Assembly: GCA_012295275.1 (NCBI GenBank) | Contig: CM022666.1 | Span: 6,014,001-6,078,000 of the forward strand | DNA length: 64,000 nt | Direction of reading: 5' to 3' | From: Chrysomallon squamiferum | Taxonomy: Eukaryota; Animalia; Mollusca | Shown: in pieces, positions 1-12,107 of the stretch | How positions within the stretch are numbered: position 1 is the first letter of the stretch | How the letters are laid out: every line of letters begins with the position of its first letter | Program-made: the position numbers and the translations under genes | The notes under the pieces: generated by a model | The model's database searches: none | Told to the model about the DNA's origin: nothing | What the model saw: only the letters and a program-made list of their open reading frames with translations

Positions 1-836
1 ATGGAAATGATCGAAATAAAGTAGCACATTAATGAATGTATTGAACTTGATCCGACGACTTTCAAAGGATATACAAGATATTTTTTCGATTATCAAAACT
101 CACGAAATATCGAAACAGGCTTAGATCATTGTACGATACGTACATAATTTAGGCCCATAAGCAGAAATTTATCTGGGATGGGCTTAATCAAAGGCTGCAA
201 ATGGCAAGAGTTGCTAGAGTGTTCGGGGATATGAACTCCCCCATCGAAATGTTTTTAAATATTGATGCATTGTTGAAAGTTACTGATAAGGGATATAAGG
301 AAGTTATTGTTTATCAGAACGGATCCGCGGACAAATTAACGCCATTGGTTACGTTTCAAGCCATTGATCAGACGTTGAATATAAGGAGGGATATGAAGCA
401 TTTTATTTTTAAGGTAAATCATTTATTTTCGAAAAGTGTCTTTTTAATTAGAGTCACGACAAATTTATCCTGTCCAAGGACGGATTACGGCCCTCCCCGG
501 CTGAAAAAAATAAAAATAAAGTCGATGCCCACATATAAATCACTAAATGATTACCGGTGTTTGCCGGTACATTGCCAAAAACATTGGTGCATGTATTGAT
601 AATGTATAAACGAAAAAGGAAGGTAATATCAAATATTAAATCTGACATTAGAAATCCATGACCATCGATTTTATGGGCTTGGAATTATGCCGTCTATACA
701 CAGATTAACTTCAGGATGTAATCTCAGAAAATTTCTGACGAAAGAAAATATTACGAAAACTTGGTTTTGTCAACATCGACTTCAAAACTTTTAAGTTCGT
801 GTATATTTTTTTTATTTCATTGTCTGACTGTTACAG

Positions 837-1029
837 ATTTAAACGTAGTAACCAGCAGTCCGCACACATCCAATCCAGGACACATTCCTAACGCCAACTC
901 TCTTACTATGTCGACAATCGCTGACGCACTCTGGAACGCAGATCAAGACAGATTTCGTTCAGGGGAAATAACTCTGAACTACGGTTCAAAGACAAGTAGC
1001 GGAAATAGAAATGATGTTTCCAGTCAACA
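837..1029 (+). CDS. ENDOU: EndoU-family (XendoU/PP11-like) endoribonuclease, first exon visible in window (5' part of gene not seen)
   Basis: ttacAG acceptor, GTAAGT donor at 1030. Encodes LNVVTSSPHTSNPGHIPNANSLTMSTIADALWNADQDRFRSGEITLNYGSKTSSGNRNDVSSQ; LWxxDxxR marks the start of the EndoU domain. Splices in frame (phase 2) to 1501. Confidence 0.85.
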
Positions 1030-1186
1030 GTAAGTATCCTAAGCGACCATTATTTATTTATTTATAATCATCTTCATTACAATTTATTTTATATACGTGT
1101 GTGTGTGTGTGTGTGGTGGTTATCAGATTACTTAGATGCTCTGAAGTTTTGCAATATAAATAACAAAGATAAAATGATATAATAAT

Positions 1187-1259
<73 letters not shown>

Positions 1260-1500
1260 AGAAGAAGAAGAAGAGAAATTACTACAGAAAAAGGGAAAGC
1301 GACATCCTGACAGATAGAAGGGAAACAGATAAAAACAGTCAGAGAAAAAAGGGTTAAGAGTGATAGCGATCGACCGAGTCAGATTCAACGGAAACAAAGA
1401 GAGAAACTAAGACACCAAAACAGCTTGACTCAATAAACCCTGCACTATTTATTCTGCCGTAACATTTACAGTTTTTTATTATTTCTTTTTAAATTTTCAG

Positions 1501-1700
1501 ACTGTTTGCTAGAGTCAACCAGAACAGACTTCAGCGACCTGTCTACAGAGCTTTCATTGCTCTGTTGGACAATTACAATCCAAATCGAGGCCACGCAGAT
1601 CCTATCAGTCAAAACGAGCAGACGGAAATAGACCATTTTCTCGACGTCATCATGGCGACTGACGTAATGAAAATTACCTACGCATTTCTGAACCATAATG
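1501..1700 (+). CDS. ENDOU: EndoU-family endoribonuclease, internal exon
   Basis: tttcAG / GTAAGT. LFARVNQNRLQRPVYRAFIALLDNYNPNRGHADPISQNEQTEIDHFLDVIMATDVMKITYAFLNHN contains the typical EndoU YxxFxxLLDNY segment. Confidence 0.92.
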
Positions 1701-2295
1701 GTAAGTGAACTTAAGAACTAAACTTAAGAACTAAACAGCTTTGTGCACATGTATCAGTGTTAGATTTAGCAGTACTGTAATGTTTTTTAGACATGATGTT
1801 CTAGGAGTTTAAATAATTTGTGCCGAAGGAACAAATGTTTAAGGATATCAAAAGAATTGTTTTTCTTTTCTTTTTCTCTCTCTGATTTGTGGGTTCATTG
1901 TTAATTGTGGAGCTAGATTTAATACTTATACTTATATCTAAATTAATATTAACAATAACAACAATAAGCATGACAATGACAACAACAATATCAGTACAAA
2001 AGCAGTACTACTTTCTACTACTGTTGCTACTACTACTACTACATCTACTATTACTACTAATAGTAATAATAACTGTAATGATAATGAAGATACAAACACA
2101 CACACACATATGTATATGGAGACACCATATATGTGTATGTATTTATCTCTATATTACAAGTACAATCATGCATGCATTTAAGTCTGTATATACACGTACA
2201 GTGTGTAAATCAATAAATCGTGGGTTTGTAAGAATTTTTACACATCAGTACATGTCCGAAGTGTCTCCTTACCCAGTCTTCACTTCTTAACTATT

Positions 2296-2387
2296 CATTT
2301 CTAACGTGATGACTTTTTATACAGCATTATCAATAGTCTTAGAGACATACGAAAATATTCGTCTGGACTAGTAATAACAAATATCTG
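2296..2387 (+). repeat. ~95-bp dispersed repeat, copy 1 (copy 2 at ~4571-4663)
   Basis: catttctaac(g/t)tgatgactttttat(a/g)cagcatt(a/g)..aatag(t/a)cttagagacatacgaaaatatt(c/t)gtctggactag.aa.aacaaata.ctga occurs in an EndoU intron and again downstream of the gene. Confidence 0.8.
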
Positions 2388-2420
2388 AAGTTTCTTCTAA
2401 CACAGTTTTCACTTCTTAAG

Positions 2421-2647
2421 GTTTTTTTACCGGCGACGAAGCTGCATTCAGACACAGAATTGAAACCCTCTGGTTCAGACCCTACGGACGAAGTTCGCAC
2501 GGACCCGCGGACAGCAGCGCCTTCGAACACATCTTCGTAGGAGAGTACAAGGGCTCCTCGGTCGAAGGTTTCCACAACTGGATTAGATTTTACCTGGAGG
2601 AGAAAAATGGACTAATCAATTATTTAGGTTACATGAAACAAAACGGG
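2421..2647 (+). CDS. ENDOU: EndoU-family endoribonuclease, catalytic exon
   Basis: cttaAG / GTAAGT. GFFTGDEAAFRHRIETLWFRPYGRSSHGPADSSAFEHIFVGEYKGSSVEGFHNWIRFYLEEKNGLINYLGYMKQNG carries both catalytic His motifs (SSxFEHxFVGE, GFHNW). Confidence 0.95.
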
Positions 2648-3209
2648 GTAAGTGTGAACTTGTTTGTTGGTGGGCGTAGGTGTGTCAGGGGTTGGGTTCT
2701 TTTTCTTTTTCTTTTTAGGGTAGACTATTTAGAATAATTGGGTTTTGCTAAGGAATAAGGTTAGCCAATAACACCAATAATAACAACAATAAATATAAAT
2801 AAGATAAGTAAAGCTGCAGTGATCAACATCAAAAAGAATAACAAATGCTGTCATCATCAACATTATTAAAAAAAAATAAAAAATAAAAAATGAAAAAAGA
2901 AGAACAAAGCCTTTAAAAACGACAAGAATAGCAATTTACTTTTATAGTTATAATCATTAATTATTTATTTATCATAATTATTATCATTGTTGTTGTTACT
3001 ATTATTATTATTATTATTATCAATTCTGTTGTTATTATTGTTACTGTCGCCGTCATCAAGTCCGTTTTTAACGATAAATATTTTTACAACTTTCTTTTCT
3101 TAATTCTACTCTCTCAGTAGAAATTCTTAACTCGTCCTCGACATATTTAAAAAAGAAACGAATTATTATGCGCGTGTACACAATACCTGTCATTTTCACT
3201 CTCTTTTAG

Positions 3210-3440
3210 CCCAATCTTCTAGAATTCACATTCAATTGGCGCAACCACTACAAGAAGATAGATTCGTTTTTCGTTGGCAGCAGTCCCGAATTTGAGATGG
3301 CGTTGGATACCATTTGCATTTTATCTCACCCAAACTCACGTTGTCATTTCAAACTCAACAACGTCGACTTCTCCATTCAGACGTGGGACGTGACCCACAT
3401 CAGCGGCATTCAGATAGCATCGGCTTACACGGTGTTTTAA
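3210..3440 (+). CDS. ENDOU: EndoU-family endoribonuclease, terminal exon
   Basis: ttttAG acceptor. PNLLEFTFNWRNHYKKIDSFFVGSSPEFEMALDTICILSHPNSRCHFKLNNVDFSIQTWDVTHISGIQIASAYTVF-TAA(3438-3440) has the catalytic Lys region KxxxSFFVGxSPEFE and the C-terminal SAY. Confidence 0.94.
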   Translation, partial: PNLLEFTFNWRNHYKKIDSFFVGSSPEFEMALDTICILSHPNSRCHFKLNNVDFSIQTWDVTHISGIQIASAYTVF

Positions 3441-3539
3441 TTGTTGGGTTTCGTTGCGGTGTAACGCTGTTAAATTAATGTAGTAAATAATTAATACGTA
3501 AAAATATAAATATACACACACATATAGACATAGATACAT

Positions 3540-3636
<97 letters not shown>

Positions 3637-3997
3637 CACATATACACAGATACGCATGACTGCACCCACATAATGCTTCTAAATTAATACAGAATACTTA
3701 ATTTAAAACTATAAAATAAATCACAGCCAGTGATTTTTCAGTGAATATTGTATTATAATTCTGATTATTTTACCGTTGTTAATATACTATACTGTTAAAT
3801 TAACAGTAAATTCTAAATTACTAAATATGATAAAATGTACAAAGTACCGAGTAATAGTTTCATCAGTTTGATAGCTTTGGCAAAAACCTGTACAGTTTTA
3901 ATACTAGCTTAAAAACTGCTGTAATATGCGATATATTTCAATAAATAAACAAAACTATAAAGTTCTTATTTTTGTTATTTATTTATTTATTTATTGC

Positions 3998-4064
<67 letters not shown>

Positions 4065-4873
4065 GGAGAATTCATATATGTTATATATGTCTGTATATAT
4101 ATGTCAGTTTGTGTGCTTGTGTATATCAGTGTGCATAGTACGCGTATAGGTATGTAGGTAATTGCCTAGGAGTTCACATATTTACTGTATGTGTGTATTA
4201 GTTTTAATAGTGTGTATTGTTGGTGACATCAACACATACTATTAATAGTAATTAAAATAACAAGATGAAGAAGAAGACGACGACGACGAAAAAGAAGAAC
4301 AACAAGAACACTAACAACAACATCAACACAACAGCCAAAAACAAACAATAACAACACCATCATGAACAACAACAAGAAAATTACTACAAAACTGATGTTA
4401 ATAATGAAAATAATAACACAACAAGAACAAGAACATCAACAATAGCATCGTGAACAATAGCAAAGTTTCTACTGGCAATAATAAAAACAAGCAGAAGAAG
4501 CTGAAAAATGATTAAAAAGGAATTCTAATTCCACAAGACATACTACCACTGTCAAGATAATTGATGTATACATTTCTAACTTGATGACTTTTTATGCAGC
4601 ATTGACAATAGACTTAGAGACATACGAAAATATTTGTCTGGACTAGCAACAACAAATACCTGATTGTTTGAATCTCCACAACAATTCACTTATTGTTACG
4701 TCTATGGGACGCGGCATAAAAAAAACCCAAACACTTCCTCTGAAATTTTCTCCTACATTTTTCTCAAAATAAATTATAACCCTAAGCTTCCTTGTTGGTA
4801 CCATTGTTCATTCAGTTCATTATTTTCTAGCGGAAAAAAGAAGGAAGAAGGGGAAAAAAAATTATATATATAT

Positions 4874-4934
<61 letters not shown>

Positions 4935-4937
4935 CGC

Positions 4938-5234
4938 ACCGACTGAGGATCTGTTATCCGAAATTCAGAAATTCTGAGCAGCAGAAATAGTGATATCTTA
5001 TAGCTCTCGGGTTGTTTTGCATATACAAATTTTATTTTATGCTGAACATTATTAAAAATATAAGATAATAAACCATGAGGACTACTTGTTTAAACAGTAT
5101 ATGAAATGTAAATGGAATTCGTGTTTAGGATTAGATCCTATACTTAGGCCGTCTCCTTACTTTCAGAATATTAAGCCTTCTGTAATCCGAAACACTTCCG
5201 GTCCGAAGCATTTCGGATAAAGGCTTCTCAACTT
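4938..5234. mobile_element. Decayed non-autonomous pogo/Tigger-type DNA transposon (MITE), Tigger4/Zombi-like termini
   Basis: The left end gactgaggatctgttatccgaaat and the reverse complement of the right end aagttgagaagcctttatccgaaatgcttcggaccggaagtgtttcggatt form imperfect TIRs. The latter resembles the Tigger4/Zombi terminus as recalled (CAGGTTGAGTATCCCTTATCCGAAATGCTTGGGACCAGAAGTGTTTCGGATT); no search was run. Confidence 0.6.
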
Positions 5235-5930
5235 ATTTATATATATAATCATTGCATTTCATTAATATGACACAAAGAATCTGCAGTTATATTAATTTAG
5301 TTAATACACTGAATCTTTATAACCATCTATATTAATGAAATGACGTATTGAATTGTCCGCTTATAATATCTGACGAAATGTGTCTTCAGATAACATGAGA
5401 GCAAAGGAAACAAAATTGTATTTTCATATTTAGTTTACTTTAATAGTATTAGTAATAGTGATGATGATGAGAATAATAATAAGTTAGCATAAATAAATAA
5501 AATAAATAAAAAATAAATAAATGTCTGACTTTATGCTACACAAAGTTATATTTTTTAAAAGAACATTCTGTTATTCTATAATATACCAAGCAGAGTTATG
5601 CTATAATATTATATAAACATAATTTAATGTAAAGTAATGTGATGTAACATAACGGAACAAAATAACACTGCATAGATTGATAGAACATAATAATAATAAC
5701 AACAACAAACTTAGCAACAAAATATAAAATAAAATATAACAAAATAATATATCAACACAATTTATCAAAGAAAAAAAGCAACTTCCAGATTACTCTACTT
5801 TATCCTTAAATATTTATGACGTAGAATTACTTAACTTGACGTGACCCATAAAATTAGAATAATGATGCTGCAACAAGCAGAGGCGGAATTCAAGTTATCG
5901 TGATAAGCCTTGTATGTTCCAGTTACTGCC

Positions 5931-6000
<70 letters not shown>

Positions 6001-6044
6001 CCAATATCTGTATATCTAAGAGACAATTGTCTGTATTATGAGAT

Positions 6045-6118
<74 letters not shown>

Positions 6119-6268
6119 AAAAAATTTAAAAAAAAGTAATAAAAAATAAAAGATCGACAGGTAGTTAGACTAACAGAAAGACAATGAACACACATACAAA
6201 CAGACACGTATATTAACAGAAAGGTGTATGTCCCTCCATTTAAATCTTGTCTTTTTTATAGCTATTTG

Positions 6269-6300
<32 letters not shown>

Positions 6301-6722
6301 ATGAATGAAATGAAGTTAAGGAAGATAAATTACGGAAGATCGTCACATGTTGAATATAAAATGTACATCAGATAGAAGAAAATCGTGGAAAGAAAGAAAA
6401 CTTAAAGAAAATAGAAAGAAGGAAGGAAGGACGAAAAAGGTACTAATCTGTATCCATTAAAAAAATGTACAAGTAGCAGAACAAAGAAAAAGGATTTAAA
6501 AATAAAAAATAAATAAATAAATAAATAAATAAAAATAAAAATTACCTCTCGCAGATACCGGAGAAAAAATATTAATAAATGTGACTGAAAATGACTGGCG
6601 TATCTAAGGGGTGTGGGAGGTGTGTGTGTGTGTGCAATCAGTAGACGTCCCTCTTTTCGTGTAGTAATGTGTATCCATTTAAATGTACCTACTACAAAAC
6701 AGTAAAAAAAAACACCCACATA

Positions 6723-6756
<34 letters not shown>

Positions 6757-8199
6757 ACTTCTGTCAGATCTGAGGGTAAAATATTAATAAATTTATTCCC
6801 AGATGACAGACATACCCAGAGGAGGCTTGATCGGAAACCAGTCTTAACATGGCGATTGATGTTTTATTTTTATATATATATATTTTTTTTCCCGTAATGA
6901 AGTAATTACATTTCTTGATACGCTATATCAATGAAAGTGATTGTTTCAACAGGTTTTCTAAATTTTATAACTGCCACTGAAAACGTTATATTCCTGATGT
7001 CAAATGGTGAATATTTATTTAGTTAGTTATTTAGTTAGTTGGTTGGTTAGTTAGTTAGTTAGCTATTTAGATAGAAGGTAGGTAGGTAGACTGTCAGTTT
7101 ATTGTTTATTTATTTATTCGATTTCATTTATTTATTTATTTTTAATTATTATTAATTATTAATGAAGAAATTAATTTATCATTTATATTTCTTTCATTAT
7201 TTTAAAAAGAAAAAGATTGATTAATTTGCTTATCTGTTTGCATACCTTATTTATTTCCTACATTTACAAAAGACTCCCAAAATAGAAACACACATTCCTT
7301 AGCGAGGGTGACTGCTAAAATATATTATTAAAGTACTGAGCTGTCAAAGTTTAACCCATTTTCGTTTTATTGATAACAAACTTGTCGAGATGATTGATGC
7401 AAAAGGACTCATTTTGATGTCTTTGGCCGTTATGATTGTCTTGTCAAAGGGCCAAATGTTAAGCACCTATGATTTATATCGTATTCCAGCAGTAATCAGT
7501 TTTAGTCAATTCTTTTTTCCAGCACGAAGCAGTCTAGATTGGCATCGTAAGGGTCATATTTTCCACTGGGTGCCAGTGGCAGAATTTAAAACAGAATGAT
7601 ATATAAACTACGTTATTCAATGATTTTCGCATATGTAGCAAGCAAAGACAAAATAACTCCCAATACGTTTGCAGCATTGTACTTTTAGTAATTATAATCT
7701 TGAGCTGAAAAAAAAAAAAGAAAAAAAAAAGAAGTAGTATAAAACTTGTTTTCGAAAAATGAACAGAATTATCTTGCATAAGTGCGCATGACATCTGACA
7801 AAAGATGTTTTTCTGGTTTGTAAAAATTTCAGCAGCATCTGAAGAAACATTATAGATGTGTGGTTCTGTAAAAATTTATCATATAACGAACCATGGTGGT
7901 TCTTTGATTTTTCCTATATCTACCTGTCTGTCTGTCTGTCTGTCTGTGCAGTTCTTTCTCTTTCTTTCTATCTATGGTTATTAGACTATATGCTCTCTCC
8001 CTCTCTCTCTCTCTGTCTGTCTCTCTCTTTCTCTAGCTCTCTCTCTCTCTCTATCTCCCCCACACACTTAGCAAAAACACATTCCAGTCATTTTAACAAT
8101 TACAAATAACAAAAATAATTAAAAACCCCCAAAACAACAACAACAATAATAACAAAATAAATAAAAGCACCTTCGTTACATAATGAACCGGGTCGTGTT

Positions 8200-8444
8200 G
8201 GGAAACACGCTGAACCTGGTCTACTTCCATCTTTTTCGCAGGGTAACGTCTGACTCTTTGCTGACATCAATCCATCACACGATTGTCTACAAAACGTGTC
8301 CCAGCGTGCCTCGGGTGAAATCCGGCGTCACGAATAAGCAGGACGTACTCGTCTTTAGAGATCGTCTGCTCCTTCCTAGGATATCACCGCCTCTCCCATC
8401 TCACTCACAGGATAGCTGGGTGTGTCCTTAGCAGCAGCAGCAGG
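8200..8444 (+). promoter_or_regulatory. Candidate promoter / non-coding first exon of the chitin-binding gene
   Basis: CpG-containing island in AT-rich DNA with CRE-like sites (tgacatca, cgtca), ending in a strong donor AGG|GTGAGT at 8445. The start ATG at 17668 lies 1 nt into an acceptor-bounded exon, so an upstream UTR exon is required. Confidence 0.4.
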
Positions 8445-8752
8445 GTGAGTACTTGTAATTGCTGTTTTTGTGTTGTCGTTATTGTTTTAAATTTTTGGGA
8501 TTTGTGAAAAAAGGGGGTTTGTGTGGTGTTGTCTGAATGTTGCGTGTTTTCGCGTTGTAGACAGATTTGTGAGGTCAGTGTTTGATTATTATTATTATTA
8601 AGATGTTGCTTTTTAATTATAATTTTTAAATTTTTATGTTTTTTTTTTTTTTTTATTTTTATTTTTTTATTAATGTTTATATTTATCTTACAGAGACATC
8701 TGGGAGTTTAAGTTTTTATTATTATTTTGGGTGTTAATTTTATTGCATTTAC

Positions 8753-8818
<66 letters not shown>

Positions 8819-9472
8819 TATTATAATTATAATTATAATTATAATTATTATTATTATTATTATATTATAATTATTATTATTATTATTATTATTATTATCA
8901 TTATCATTTTTATTATAATTATTATTATTTGTACTAAAGTCTAAATTATTTATTATTTAAAGATATTAAATTTTATTATGAGTATTATTATATTATTATC
9001 CTTTTCATGTGAATTTCAATGTGGATTTTAAATTCATAATTTTATTATTATATTTTTATTAGTGCTATGATCTGGTTGTGCACATTTATCTTTTACTTAA
9101 TTTTGTTAGATTAATATTTCATTATAAATTATTATGCTGTTCTTGTTTGGGTTTTTTTTAATGTTATATTTAGTTTAGTGATTATAATTAAAATTTTATT
9201 ATTATGTTTTTATCAGTGGTATTGTTTTCATAGGGGTAGGTTTAATATATTATTTTATTTAGTTACTTTTAGAGTTGACAGTTATAATGGGTGTTTCTTT
9301 CAATGTGTAAAATTATAAAATTAAGATAAAAAAAAAAAAAAAAAAAAAAAAATAAATAAATAAAAAATAATAATAATATTTGTATTATTATTATTAATAT
9401 CGTCATCATCATCATCATTACTGTTATTATTAGTAGTATTATTATATTATTATGTTATTATTATTATTATAC

Positions 9473-9533
<61 letters not shown>

Positions 9534-9909
9534 AAATTTTAGTATTTAAAATTATTATGATTCCAAAATGACTCCGGAAATTGCTGAATCTGAATATGTT
9601 GAATATACCAGTTTTCCTGCAAACTTTAATAGAAATTTGACAAAATACACATAAACTTTCACTAGCGATCTCCAATGCAAATGTATTAGAAGAACTAATA
9701 TAAATGTGTTCCTGTAGTCTAATCCAGTTTTTAGCTTTGACGTTGAAATATGCCATCATACATACTATTAATAACTTAACTGTAAAATATCTCTCCCTCA
9801 ATCATTATTTGTGGTTAATTTTATGACAATAAAAAGTGACATCATAATTATAAATATTAAGCAGAATGTTTAAAGTTATAATTTCAGGATATATTTAAAG
9901 GGTTATTTT

Positions 9910-9955
<46 letters not shown>

Positions 9956-10622
9956 GTTATTAATTAAAGTTTATTAATAATAATGATTATTATGATGATA
10001 ATGACGATAATTAATAATAAGGATGATGATCATAATTACAATTAACGATACGAAAAACAATTGTTGTTTTTATTATCGTTTTTTATTCTTATTGTAATTT
10101 GATCATCATCCTTTTTATTATCGTCAAAAATCATGTTTTGCTTGCGTCATTTGTTTTATAAAATCATCATTTATTTATTTATTTGTTCGTCATTTTGTTA
10201 TTATGAAATTTTTTATTTAATTATTAATACTATTATTATTATTATTATTATTATTATTGTTGTTTTTTATTGTTGTTATTTCTTTGTTCGTTTCTTTTTT
10301 CTTTTAAAGAGTTTCAATATTCATTCTTTCTTCCTTTTCCTATTCTAAACTTAAAACAAAAAGGAATCGAAGAGTTTAAATTTACGTTTTTGTATTGATG
10401 ACTTTTTATTTTGCCTTCTTTGTTTTAAATTTAGTAAATCAGTTTATTTATTTTATTTATTATTATTACTATTATTATTATTATTATTACTATTATTATT
10501 ATTATTATTGTTATTATTACTAGTAAATTTATTTTTTGCTGCTGTTGCTGCTCAGCTTCGTGGAAAAAAGTTGTTGTCGTGGAAAAATAATGAATAAATG
10601 TATAAACACACAAACAAACAAA

Positions 10623-10673
<51 letters not shown>

Positions 10674-10744
10674 ACAAATAAATAAATAAATAAACGAAGA
10701 CGTAGTGAGAGGAATAAAAATGTTCACTGTATGTCAGATTATAC

Positions 10745-10846
10745 GCTGACCGTGTCATGTTAATTCGAGTTAGGTCAAATCTGAGGTCGTGACCTCGTCA
10801 GACGTCGTTAAGTCAAACCGTGTTGACCTAACGTCACGTGACCTGA
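10745..10846. promoter_or_regulatory. Candidate enhancer: cluster of AGGTCA/TGACCT half-sites and a GTCACGTGAC E-box
   Basis: gttaggtcaa (10769) and ttgacctaac (10823) form an inverted pair; near-palindrome gaggtcgtgacctc at 10783; gtcacgtgacct at 10833. Confidence 0.4.
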
Positions 10847-11851
10847 GAAAAAAAACAAAACATGATCAACTAGGAGGCTGACTGAAAGCTTTTCCTTAAA
10901 GTAAAACGAATTTTTAAAAAAATTATTTCATTTATTTATTATTTTTTATTTTATTTTATTTCATTTTATTTTTATTTAAGAATAACATCAGTAAAATTAA
11001 TAAAAAATTGAAAAAAAAATAAGAAATAAAAAATCATCATGATGATAATGGGATATTGTCAAAATATTAATTACTAACAACAAATAATTTTTAAAATAAT
11101 TTTGAAATATGTAGCAGCATTCGCTAAATATTTCAAATTCGATACGTCAATAAAGAACTTCTGGACAGCCAAGTATTTTCTCATACGTAGCAGTAATTGT
11201 AGTCATAGTAGCAGTATCACTAATCGTTGCAGAAGAAATAGCAACAGCATCAGCGACAGCAACAATAATAAAACTGGTACTAGTACAGTTCATGTGAAAT
11301 TAGCAGTATTTGTATTGTTATTATTAGACTTGTGGTTGTTATTATTATTATTACCCTTGTTGTTATAATTATTATTGTTATTGTTGTTGTTGTTATAATT
11401 ATTATTGTTATTGTTGTTGTTGTTGTTACTCTTGTTATAATTATTACTGTTGTTGTTGTTGTTATAATTTGTACTATCATCAACATCATCATTAGTATTA
11501 CTTCTGATACTTTTATTACTGTTGTTACTTTTACTGCTGCTGCTGCTGTTATTATTATTAATATTATCATCATCATCATCATCATCATCATTTTATTATT
11601 AAGTAGCTGTTGATGAGGACGTCGTTCTATGTTTAGGTTTACCTCTGACACGAAAGCTCGTGTTAAAATGTGTACTGTAGTTGCTCTGACAGATTTATGG
11701 CAACTTGGTGCTGTGCCTTGAGCTATGTGCAGCGAACTTGTTTTTACTCGGCGTAATTAACTTGTCAGCGAATGTGAAATTTAAAAACAAACAAAGCACA
11801 AATTATGCAGGAAATTGTTTTCCAAGGCCAGCAAAATAAATAATTATAAAT

Positions 11852-11882
<31 letters not shown>

Positions 11883-12075
11883 TAAATAGAAACAAAAAAA
11901 AACAAAAAACAACAACAACAACATTCTTTTAAGTTTTTTGTGATTTCTTTTATCTTTTCATATTTTTTCTTTTATTTCTTTCACACACACACACAGGCAC
12001 GCACACACGCAAACCGATAAAAATAGCCAACAGCAGATTAATCGATATATATTTATATATTTGTGAATGTATATA

Positions 12076-12107
<32 letters not shown>

